DNA of 60,742 nt, counting the filler, from Hausera hauseri (Eukaryota), in the NCBI GenBank assembly GCA_046269625.1. It is 12 parts of 12 records of this genome, joined end to end, with 100 filler letters (N's around TTAATTAATTAA, not from the genome) between each part and the next. Parts side by side here need not be neighbours in the genome. Positions count along the whole stretch, not along the records: positions 50,293 to 54,310 come from JBJURY010816642.1; positions 54,411 to 60,742 come from JBJURY010111987.1; 10 more parts are not named here. The stretch is one strand, 5' to 3'. Shown in pieces: positions 50,427-60,742 of the stretch. Numbering within the stretch: the first letter of the stretch is position 1; each line of letters opens with the position of its first letter. The notes beneath the pieces were generated by a model. That model searched no databases and was not told the origin of the DNA. It saw nothing but the letters and a program-made list of their open reading frames with translations. A program made the translations under genes and the position numbers.

Positions 50427-51464
50427 TCAAATGCTTCTTTGGATGTCGGAAGAGATAGTAGTCACTGGGCACGAGGTCAGGATTATAAGGAGGGTGCTTA
50501 AGCCAACCTGATCAATTCTGGCCTGAGAAATGCCCGTTGTGTAAAGAAGGGCATTGCCATGCAAAAACCACGGCTGCGTTCTTGCGTGCCTTCTCTTCTT
50601 CTTGGATGTTGCTACAAGGTCGCTGTAGTACGCGGCGTTGATCCTGACTGATTTGTTAGCGAAGCCCATATGCACAACGCCTTTACTGCCACAGAAAATG
50701 GAAAACATGAGCATCCGCCGCTGGGAAGTCCCTGATATCAACTTGATGGACGGCTTCTCCCCGGATAATTTCCACTCAGCAGAGTCCCTCTTGAACTCAG
50801 AGATATACGTGGATAGTGGGGTCTCATCCTCTGTGAGAATATTCCACAGGAACTTGTCCCCATGCTGCTTCCAAATGCTAATGTTGTTTTCACAGGCGAC
50901 GCGACGCGACGATTTTCCATCATTTCCCCACTGAGGAAGAGAGGCACGAATCGTGAACACAATTTTTTCACCCCTAAAGCCGACAGTCGTGCATGTACAC
51001 TTCCCACGCTGATGTTGACAGCTGTGAATAAGGCGTGAATGCTGATTCTTCGCTCCTCCTGAACCATTTTCAGCAATTCTTCGTCCACATTGTCCGAAAT
51101 TTCTTGCGGTCGGCCCCATCTGTCATAATCAAAAACTGATGTGCGACCACCTCTGAATGCATTTACCCAGTTCTTCACAGTTGATAAAGATGGAGCATCC
51201 TTCTGATAAGTAGACTGCAAAAACTCGTGAATTTCGCTGCTGATTTTCCTTTGCAAAACGAAGAATTTTATCAAGCTTCGATATTCTATCGGTGGTATCA
51301 TGACTTTGACAATTTTTAAAACTCTTGCGTTACAGAGCAATGACAGAGCAAAACAAACTTAATTTTCTTCACCTATACTAATACAATTACTTGTAAATTA
51401 AAAATGACTAAGTTACTATTTTTAATTCTACCTTAGGCCAGGGACTTATTGAGCGTAACGCGTA
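50427..51464 (-). mobile_element. Mariner (irritans/Himar-like) transposon, frameshifted, with 5' TIR
   Basis: YRSLIKF...APSLSTVKNW..F..GR...GRP, RFVPLFL, TEDET. TIR at ~51435-51462 reads CGCGTTACGCTCAATAAGTCCCTGGCCT next to TA. Confidence 0.92.
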
Positions 51465-51685
51465 ATTATAACCAATGTATTCAGAATAATTAATTCTATA
51501 GAAATGCTAAATCTCATAAAAATACATTAATTCAAATTCAAAATCCTTCCTAGTAGTTTATTGAATTTTATTAAAGTTACGGATAAGGTTGCATATTACA
51601 GAGATTCAAACTCCTGGTGCTCGAAAGTAATAAACAACCAGTATGTATTATTGATGCGCCTGATGTTGCCATATGTGATTAGAAC

Positions 51686-51906
51686 ATGGCGTCTGTAAAT
51701 TAACGCCAGTGGGGAAATAAAAAATTTAAATTTATAACATGCCTTTCATTAAATTCAGTTGCAATGACTTATGCTGGTGTAATTTAGAATGTTTGTATAA
51801 ACTTTCTATTTTACAGCAACGTAACTTACTGCTTCATTATTTAATGAAGTTAACGTATAAATTTAAAATTTTTATTTTCCCGCTGGCGTTAATTTACAGA
51901 CACCAT
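51686..51906. mobile_element. MITE with ~50-nt terminal inverted repeats
   Basis: ATGGCGTCTGTAAATTAACGCCAG... mirrored by ...CTGGCGTTAATTTACAGACACCAT. Confidence 0.8.
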
Positions 51907-51910
51907 ATAG

Positions 51911-53625
51911 CAGTGGTTCTTAAACTTTTCGGCCCGCGGACCACTTTACTGAAATAAAAAGTACGGCGATCCACCAAAGCTTAAAATCACTTCGTACCGT
52001 AAATTTCAAATTTAAATTGTCGCATTTGTTTTATTACGACTTACAGCTAAATGTACTTTTGTGATACTAGTATAGTAAAAGGTCTACATACAATTACAAA
52101 TTTAATAAAGATCGTTATTAATTAAAATGTTACTGAGATGAATGTAGTTGTTTTTGATGAGATATTAAACTGATAATATGTGGATCAATATTGGAGAGTT
52201 TCAATCTCATGTCAGATTTCACGTTCAATCGGCTTCTCTTATTTTTTTCAGTCCCACGTGTTGAAAATCCAATTTCACAACAGTAAGTTGTTGGAAATCT
52301 CAATAAATGCTCCACAGCGATGTCAGCAAGTACATCCTACTCAGATCTTACATGAAGTCAAAAGTCTGTCAAGGATTTCTCAGCCAATAACATTTTCAAA
52401 GAACCATAAGAAGCAAGTTCCACAAGACTATCAACATCCCTTGATCAGAGTTTGATACCGACTGTTTTAGCTGAATTCATGTTTGCAAATGGGTTTCTGA
52501 CCCTATCACACTTTTCCTCTGGATCTGGAAAATAAATTTTGAATTATTCATGCAGACCCTGTAGGTGTGATTTGAGGTTTGTAACAATCTGTTCATCAAT
52601 TTCCTGTGGAGACGTCACGAGAAAATCACCGAGGGTTTGGAATGAGTCAAATTTTCGGTGATTGGGGAGGTCACTCCACAGTTCTAATTTTATACCAAAT
52701 TCTTTACTTTGTCTTGAACGTTAAAGATTGTGACATCTCTGCCCTGCAGGGCAATGTTAAGTCCATTTAGACTACTAAAAATATGAGCCAGGTACGCCAA
52801 CTGAGCAAGCCATTAAAAGTTATACATGCAAACCTACAAGTGGAAAGTTCGATAGTCACAGTCGAGTAAATAAATTTTAACCTCCTCGCACCATTGAAAC
52901 AGACAAGTGAGCACTTTTCCACGCGATAACCAACAAACTTCTGCACGAAAAAGACGTTTGGTGTGTTCACTTCCCATCTATTCGCATAAAGCTTTAAAAA
53001 TCCGCGTGTTCAAAGGGTGACCTTAGATAAAGTTTATATTTTTACTGATTCATCTATTACTGTCGTAAGATCGACGGGAATTTTTCCTCTCCAGCTGCAT
53101 TGGTCGGTACAGACTTATAGAAGAGAAAGGCATCATGAACAGCGCATAAATATTCATATCTGACACATGACACGAGGTTTGCTTCGTTCGTTATGTCAGT
53201 AGCTTCATCAAGTTGAAGTGCGAAGTACTGACTTTAATGTAGTCGTAATAACAACTGACATTCCATACTTTCAGTCATGGCTTTTATTCCACATTTTACG
53301 GTATCATTTGAAAAAGAACGTTGTTGATAGCATTTGTCGCATTTCGTCAAACATTATTTTTGTCATTAATTTGGCACAATTTTATCAAATTCTCTGCAAT
53401 AGTGTGGTTTATTCCGATTTTTGCAAACAATAGTGAAACTCTGTAGAATGACTCTGTAGCCTTAGTGTTTTTATCGCAAGAAGCAAAAAGGTGCAACATT
53501 CCGTTCTTTTGTTGTAACTCTGCGATTATTCTCAAAATAAATTAGAGGTTTATCAACAAATTGACAGTGCTTGAATTAAAAATGACTCTTCAGTTTGGAT
53601 AGTTTCATTGCTTCATTGGCCATAT
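51911..53625 (-). mobile_element. hAT (Charlie/Buster-type) transposon remnant
   Basis: TIR CAGTGGTTCTTAAACTTTT; FPTTYCCEIGFS...KRSRL...DMRLKLS dimerisation domain; AMKLSKLKSH; QLDEATD. Confidence 0.92.
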
Positions 53626-54410
53626 TTTCATAATATCTTTGGATGGCATGGAATGTATGCTGAGAAGATCTCGTAGCATCTTCCATTGTGGACTGATGCA
53701 CATACATTCCTCAATAATCAAACCAACAACCCCTCCAATTCCAATGAGTTTGGAAAGACAACATTGTAAGCAAGCCCGAGAAACCGGAAGACTGAAATGG
53801 GATAGCATGGAATTAGAAATGCAACCTGGAAAAATAATCAGAGCGTATAAGATAGTAGCCGGAAGGCTAGATATGCATAACGGGCACTGTAGTGGAACGG
53901 AATACGATACCGGAAAAGGATTGGAAGATACGTAGTAGTAGTAGACTTTTACGAATCACAGATGCGAGTCCAAAAAGTAATGTTCCATAGCGTCACTAAT
54001 TTATATACTGAGAATCAAAAATGTCACATGCAAGACAAAACTTGTGTCTTCAGAAGTTCTATCGTCATATAGGAACCACCTACCGGGAAAGCCTGTAATT
54101 TTATTAAGATCAAAGAATTGAAATTTAACGAAACTACGGGGAAACGATACGTAGATAAATCCGACATCAGTTCAAGAGCACGTGAAGACGTATCAGAACA
54201 TCATACACCTACGATATTAATGTCTGACCAACATGGATTGAAAATCATAAAAAAGGAAATGATTTCACGATGTGAAGTGGTAATGTTTACAACCAACTAC
54301 GAATAGTTCTNNNNNNNNNNNNNNNNNNNNNNNNNNNNNNNNNNNNNNNNNNNNTTAATTAATTAANNNNNNNNNNNNNNNNNNNNNNNNNNNNNNNNNN
54401 NNNNNNNNNN

Positions 54411-55535
54411 ACGCATCGACGCCGAGACAGTAGCCAACGCCTTCGTAAATACTTGGTTAACCCGCTATGGCTCACCCAAACATATCGCCACCGACCAAGG
54501 AGCTCAGTTTGAGTCAGCTTTTTTCAAAGCTTTAGTAAAAACCTTAGGAATCACACACGTTCATAGATCACCTTACCACCCCCAATCAAACGGCTTAATC
54601 GAACGTTTTCACAGAACGCTGAAAGTGTCTTTAAAAATCTTAGCCGACACCAATCCAAACTGGCTACCCATCCTTCCATTAATCCTCTTGGGTTGGAGAA
54701 ATACCCCGTCAACAGCAACTGGCTGTTCTCCAGCACAAGCTTTGTTTGGAACATCGATCCGAGCACTGTTCGATGTTGCAGAAGGTGAAGGAACACCTAC
54801 CGACCAGAATATTCACGCAGCAAGACAACATTTTATAGACATAGATAATGACAAATTTTGCAGTGTTAAACCAAGAAAAGACATTCCTACCAAAGAAACT
54901 GTACGAAGCAAAGTTCGTCTGAGTACGTAACCCATCGCAACACTCTTTTCAACCAGCGTACATTGGACCTCACAAGCTCATCGAATTGCATTCACATAAC
55001 GCTAAAATACTTCGCGATGGAAAGGAAGTAGTCATCCACGTCTCAAACGTGAAACCAGCCTTGTTTATCCCAGACGACGCAGAGAAAACCACTAATGAAA
55101 ATAAAACCCTTAATGGCCCATCTTTATTACACGATCTATTCAACCTGGCACCATCAGACTCCCCAAGACAAGTACTAATGCAAAATAACAGCCAGCCCAG
55201 TCACTACCCAAAGCCACATGTAAGGGAAATAAGTGAGAAAATCCCCAACCTCTATGAGTGTACAAATAACGATACAATGTCGCCTTTCCTACCGAACATT
55301 CACACACACGACATAACAAACGGAGCCAGAAATGCTCCAACGCAAAGCGCTCAAAATACGCTACCCTCAGGAAGCTCACCAAACGAACTACCAGCTGTCA
55401 CCATAAAAGCACGCAAAACAGTACAGTTTAAACCATGTAGTCAGGCAAAGTACCCCTCGGGTAGAATCAGGACAACTAACACCTAGGGTCTAAACAGCCG
55501 CTATATATAAATAACCAACTTTTCGCAGGGGGTTA
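54411..55535 (+). mobile_element. Gypsy (CsRn1-like) upstream tandem copy: integrase end and PPT
   Basis: TDQGAQFES, YHPQSNGLIERFHR, YIGP; PPT CAGGGGGTTA at 55526-55535. Confidence 0.93.
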
Positions 55536-56040
55536 TGTTGCGCCTAAAACAAGTGGATTTCCAAACACGGATCTCTTTAACGACATTGTATAAAATAAAT
55601 TTCATAAATACATAATTAAATATTTACAACTTCAGTAAATCCTTAATTCGTATTTTTATTTTTATAAAGACACGGCAAACAGTATTAATGCGTGGGAGAA
55701 ACAGGGTAAGGATCGTAATTACAAAAAATAATAAAATAACGTGGCGGTTTTAAAAGAAAAAAAATAATTTTTTTGTTTAAATAAATGGTTTTTTGGCTGC
55801 TTTAACAAATTAAAAAGTTTGACTTTTGACATGCTGTTAAACCTTTTTTATCCGAATATTTTTATCCTCATGGTATTAATCGACACGGGATTGCTGAAGG
55901 AGAACGAACATCATCTGATCGGAAACGAGCACTCTAAGAGTATGCACAACTGCAAAAAGGCGATAACCCCGACTATCGATGCGATTTCGGTCATGACTAC
56001 TGCGTCCACAGCGAAACAATTAAATACCAAAAGCGCAATA
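55536..56040 (+). repeat. LTR shared between tandem Gypsy copies
   Basis: Lies between PPT and PBS, with inverted termini TGTTGCGC ... GCGCAATA. Confidence 0.85.
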
Positions 56041-56041
56041 A

Positions 56042-56072
56042 TGGTATCAGAAGTGGGATTTTAACCCACGCC
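56042..56072 (+). promoter_or_regulatory. Primer-binding site complementary to the tRNA-Leu(CAA) 3' end
   Basis: TGGTATCAGAAGTGGGATTTTAACCCACGCC versus the expected complement TGGTGTCAGAAGTGGGATTCGAACCCACGC. Confidence 0.8.
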
Positions 56073-56642
56073 AGGAGCCGAATGTCACTGATCCCGAATA
56101 TCCTGAAGACGATCAAGGTAATACTCTGTTTCCCCACAATTTTCTGTTTGCCAATGATTTCTGTAGAGTACTTTAGTATTTTAAACCTAAACTATGAGTA
56201 CTATACATATGTCATAATTTTAGTAGCCAGAATATTTATTTATTTCTATTTTTATTCACAAAATACGTTAGTAAATATTCTTTTTGTAGCATATATATTT
56301 TCAATTGTAGAACTAATAAAAAAATACTCCAACCGTTTTTATGTACAATGTCAGCGAGTATGTCGTCTCTGGAATTTTATTAAGGATTCACAAATCGAGT
56401 AAAAGTATCGAAACCCCTAAATTAGAAAGAAATAAGCTCACCATCCTCTGCAAAACTAACGAACAAATTTTTTCCCTACAATTTCTTAAAAGCAAACGAA
56501 CTCGAAACTTGCACAAGGCTATAGCCCAAAAATTAGACGTTAATAGCAACAATTTTACCTCCATTTAAACGGCCTTGTAGTCCTCTCTGATAATAAACTT
56601 CTTTCCGGCTGTACCATTTTCAGATCAACAGGTATCTTATCA

Positions 56643-59600
56643 ATGTCTTTTCGAGGACGTGGCGGCACAAACCCTTTAGATCAATCGACAACTTACACGT
56701 CCTCAAAGTTAATACAAGAGGCACAAATAAATTCCCTTCCAACAGCTACAGCTTTTCCTACACTTACGTGTGCCCCATTCTTTCTAAATAATCAAAACTT
56801 CACAACGACCTGGCTCGAATTCCATAACAATTGGCTAGCTGCGAACCTTATAAAAGACAAAACAATGCGAGCAAACTCACTCTTCACACTCCTACACCCA
56901 AAATACTTACAACGAATCCCCAACCTAGTCGACATTTTTAAACAAGCAGACCCTTACGACACACTCGTCAAGGCTATTCGTTCCCTAACCGAACCGTCAA
57001 TAGACGAACTAATTAACAAATACGTGAATCAAACAGCAATAGGTAGCCAGCATCCTTCACAGTTCTTGCAAACTGCGGCTCTCAGCTTGAACAATTCGGC
57101 GTATCCAGAACAACAAATACGGCACTTTTCAGACGATATTTCATAAACATCCTACCACCACAATTTCAGATATTCTTAGTAGCCGTTGACGAAACACACC
57201 CCCTCGAAAAATTAGCCGAAATCGCTGATAAGGAGTAGGACTTAATAGACGCACAAACGCCAGTAATCTCTGCCGCTACAACGAATAATAGTTTAGAAAT
57301 CGATGAGCTAGGTTAATCGAATAAACTATTTCAAGAGAGTATACTAGCAGTAACCAAAAAAATAGATGCGCTGATATTAGATAATTCTCCCGCTAGACGG
57401 AATAATAAGAATCTTTCATGCGTAAAGAGACGTTCACAGTCAGTCGAAAGATCGCTCATATGCTTTTATCATAGGCGGTTTAGACAATCAACTCAAAAAT
57501 GTAATATAGGATGTAGGTTCCACAACCCAGCTGTACACAAAGAGGCAACACAGTGTATCTACCACGCAAAATATAGTCACAAAGCTGAACGCTGCGTTCC
57601 AGGATGTACATGGACTCCCTCACGACCAAATTCACCTTTAAACTAATTAGGCCGCCAGAGGCAGCGGTCGACTCTGGCAAAGGCCTAACCGTCTCTTATA
57701 CCGCTTCATTAAATTATGCAGTATTTTTATTACAAGCAGTTTTACAAAATAATCTTCAGTCAGCACTAAATTTCCTCATAAATACTGGTTCCACACTATC
57801 GCTACTTCTAATGCAATAAGCTGTTTCCAATCATGTAGCTAACCCCCAATCTATATACGCTGCTAATGGTACACCGTTAAAAACGGCAGGTTACAGAAAT
57901 CTCACTTTAACTTTTGACGGATTTCCAGAACCATTTACCTGGTGTTTTTCTGTAGCTGATGTAACTTTTCCAATTATAGGTTCAGATTTTCTCGCAAACT
58001 TCGAACTCGTCGTCGATTGTAAAAATAAACGTATCTCCCCGAGTAATATGGATAATCATTGAAGAAAAACTATAGCCGCGGGTAACAGAAATAAAAGAAT
58101 TATTTTTTCTACCAAAAAATATAAACACGACAAATAACAAAACTTGTAATCAAATGGAAAAAAGCACAATAAGCAATGCAGCTGTGTCCAACTCAATCCC
58201 GGCTAAGCTTACCGATTACAAAAAAATTCATTGCCCAAATACGATAGAAAAAAACAAATCCCTACGCACGCCAAACTTCCCTGAACACAACATCGTAACA
58301 TCTCACAACAGACCTGTCCGCAAACGAATGAGACCTTTATCGCCAACGAGACGCCGTGCGGCGGAAATGGAATTTAACGAATTTGAAAAAGCCGGTATAA
58401 TCAGAAGGTCCAAATCCCCATGTGCGTCACCGTTGCACAGTCAATAAAAAATGGTACAATTCGCCGGTGTGGTGATTACAGAATGCTGAACACGGCAACA
58501 GTCCCAGACGCGTATCCGTTACCACTAGTTACAGATATTTTTCAAAGATTATCAGGGTCAAAATTTTTCTCAACAACAGACCTCAAAAAAGTTTATCATC
58601 AAATCTCAGTCGCCAGTAATGATATTCCCAAAACAGCAGTGATTACGCCCTTCGGACTGTTTGAATATCTTTTCATGCCTTTTGGCTTTAGAAACGCAGC
58701 ACAAACGTTTCAGCGCCAAATCGATGTCGTTTTATCTGGTCTGCAATTTGCATACCCATACATTGACGATATACTGGTTGCGTCCCCTAACGAAAACGAC
58801 CACGAACAGCATTTACAACTCGTCCTAAAACGTCTTAATGCTTACAATCTTTAAGTCAATTGGGAGAAGTGTACATTCTTCGCACCCTCAGTGACATTCC
58901 TAGGCCATGTAATCTCCGCAAAAGGGCATTCACCCCTCCCAGATCGCTTAACGCAAATCAAAAATGTCCCATTACCTACAACAACGACGGAACTCCGAAG
59001 GTTCCTAGGAGCACTTCATTTTGTACACAGATACATACCGAATTGTTCGGCATTAACCGCAAATCTATCGATTTTAAGCTCAGGAAAGAAGCGAACAACA
59101 CTAAAATGGACCGAAGCACTAAAAACAGAATTCCGAGAACTAAAAGAGAAACTACAGGCAGTAGAACTACTAGCTTTTCCGGTCCCAAGCGCAAAATTAT
59201 TTCTTACCACCGACGCATCAGCAGTCGCAGCAGGCGCAGTACTTCACCAAGAAGTTAACGGTCGAACCGAACCTCTAGAATTCTTCTCCAAAAAGTTTTC
59301 CGAAGTCGAACGTAGGTACTCCACATTCGACCGAGAATTATTAGCAGTAGTTATGGCGATTAAACATTTTAAGCATATTTTGCAGGCTCGGACCTTTACT
59401 CTACAGACCGATCATAAACCTCTCCTGTATATGCTCAACATGAAGCAACCTTCACTCAGGCAAGAACGCCAAATTTCTTACCTGTCAACTTTTCACTTCG
59501 ACATTGTACACATTCCGGGGGCACAAAACGTTCTCGCAGATTTCTTATCACGTCCCGTAGCTTCATTGACCTTTTCTGCGATAATTGCGGCAGACGAACT

Positions 59601-60742
59601 TCGAGAAAAGCAGCCCTCAAAGGAGGAGTTAGACCATTTTAAACACGTCAACCTACTGGATGGCATATATTTCGATACCTCAATCCACGGTAAGAAAAGA
59701 CCAATATTGCACTACTCGTTCCGAAAAAGGGCATTCGATCACGTACACCGACTGCATCACCCAGGAGCAAAAAACACCTAAAACCTCCTACACAACCAGT
59801 TTATTTGGCCTTTTATGCGAAAGGACGTTCAGAATTGGGTTGATCAATGCGTAGCGTGCCAAAAATTTAAACTAAACAGAAATATTAGGCCGCCAAACTT
59901 CCATTTCCCCTGTACCTCGCGATTCAAAACCGTACACTTGGATATAGTCTGCCCGTTACCACCAGCCCAAAGACATCAGTATCTACTTACTATGATGGAT
60001 CGATCCACTTGATGGCCCGAAGCAGTTCCCCTAAGGCGCATCGATGCCGAGACAGTAGCCAACGCCTTCGTAAATACTTGGTTAACCCGCTATGGCTCAC
60101 TCAAACATACCGTTACTCACCAAGGAGCTCAGTTTGAGTCAGCTTTTTTCAAAGTTTTAGTAAACACCTTAGGAATCACACACGTTTATGCATCACCTTA
60201 CCACTCTTAATCAAACGGCTTAATCGAATGTTTTTACAGAACGATGAAAGTGTCTTTAAAAATATTAGTCGACACCAACCCAAACTGGCTACCCATCCTT
60301 CCATTAATTCTATTAGGTTGGACAAATACCCCGTCAACAGCAACTGGTTGTTTCCCAGCACAAGCTTTGTTTGGAACAACAATCTGAGCACTGTTCGACG
60401 TTGCAGAAGGTGAAGGAACACCTAACGACCAGAATATCCACGCAGCAAGACAACATTTTATAGACCTAGATAATGACAAATTTTTCAGAGTGTTAAACCA
60501 AGAAAAGACATTTCTACCAAAGAAACTGTACGAAGCAAAGTTCGTCTGGGTACGTAACTTATCGCAACACTCTTTACAACCAGCGTACATTGGACCTTAC
60601 AAGCTAATCGAATTGCATTCACATAACGCTAAAATACTTCGCGATGGAAAGGAAGTAGTTATCCACGTCTCAAACGTAAAACCAGCCTTCTTTATCACAG
60701 ACGAAGCAGAGAAAACCACTAACGAAAATAAAACCCTTAATG
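56643..60742 (+). mobile_element. Gypsy (CsRn1-like) gag-pol, decayed, downstream tandem copy
   Basis: Gag from 56643, FLINTGS protease, CGDYR/MPFG/YIDD RT, TTDAS/DRELL RNase H, HHPG..C..C and integrase. Confidence 0.96.
57637..57692 (+). promoter_or_regulatory. Predicted gag-pol -1 ribosomal frameshift site
   Basis: T TTA AAC then the gag TAA; the -1 frame is open (FKLIRPPE); nested stems TTAGGCC/GGCCTAA and GCCAGAG/CTCTGGC. Confidence 0.75.

Noticed and set aside
53639-54310. Possible Helitron/PIF1 fragment
   Set aside because: Diagnostic helicase motifs could not be found.
56042-56072. tRNA-Leu gene on the minus strand
   Set aside because: Only the 3' ~30 nt match, including CCA, directly after an LTR. 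It is a PBS.
60036-60742. Circular-assembly overlap with 54411-55115
   Set aside because: The copies differ by about 7% including an indel, too much for a simple terminal overlap unless read error is very high.

Overview
The window is not one locus. It is 12 unrelated segments of about 4-6 kb joined by artificial 100-nt spacers (N44-TTAATTAATTAA-N44). Most segments are AT-rich animal-type nuclear DNA (GT-AG introns of 40-60 nt in some, 1.4 kb in another), so more than one source organism is possible. Decayed mobile DNA dominates: two Ty3/Gypsy families, Polinton/adintovirus remnants, a mariner, a hAT and a MITE. A few host genes are present (Dcp1-like, TRAF-like, AUP1, ankyrin, and an intronless cytosolic carboxypeptidase pseudogene). 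One GC-richer segment looks like a large DNA virus with two Ig-fold membrane proteins. The best candidate new system is in segments 7 and 9, two diverged copies of a Gypsy element. Its integrase runs in frame, through an internal signal-like helix, into a type-I membrane protein with fibronectin-III-like domains. That ORF ends at a UGA followed by the CARYYA read-through hexamer inside a conserved hairpin, and coding-like conservation continues past the stop. The second candidate is a Polinton/adintovirus remnant carrying an intact TBP-like gene. All calls come from reading motifs by eye; no searches were run.
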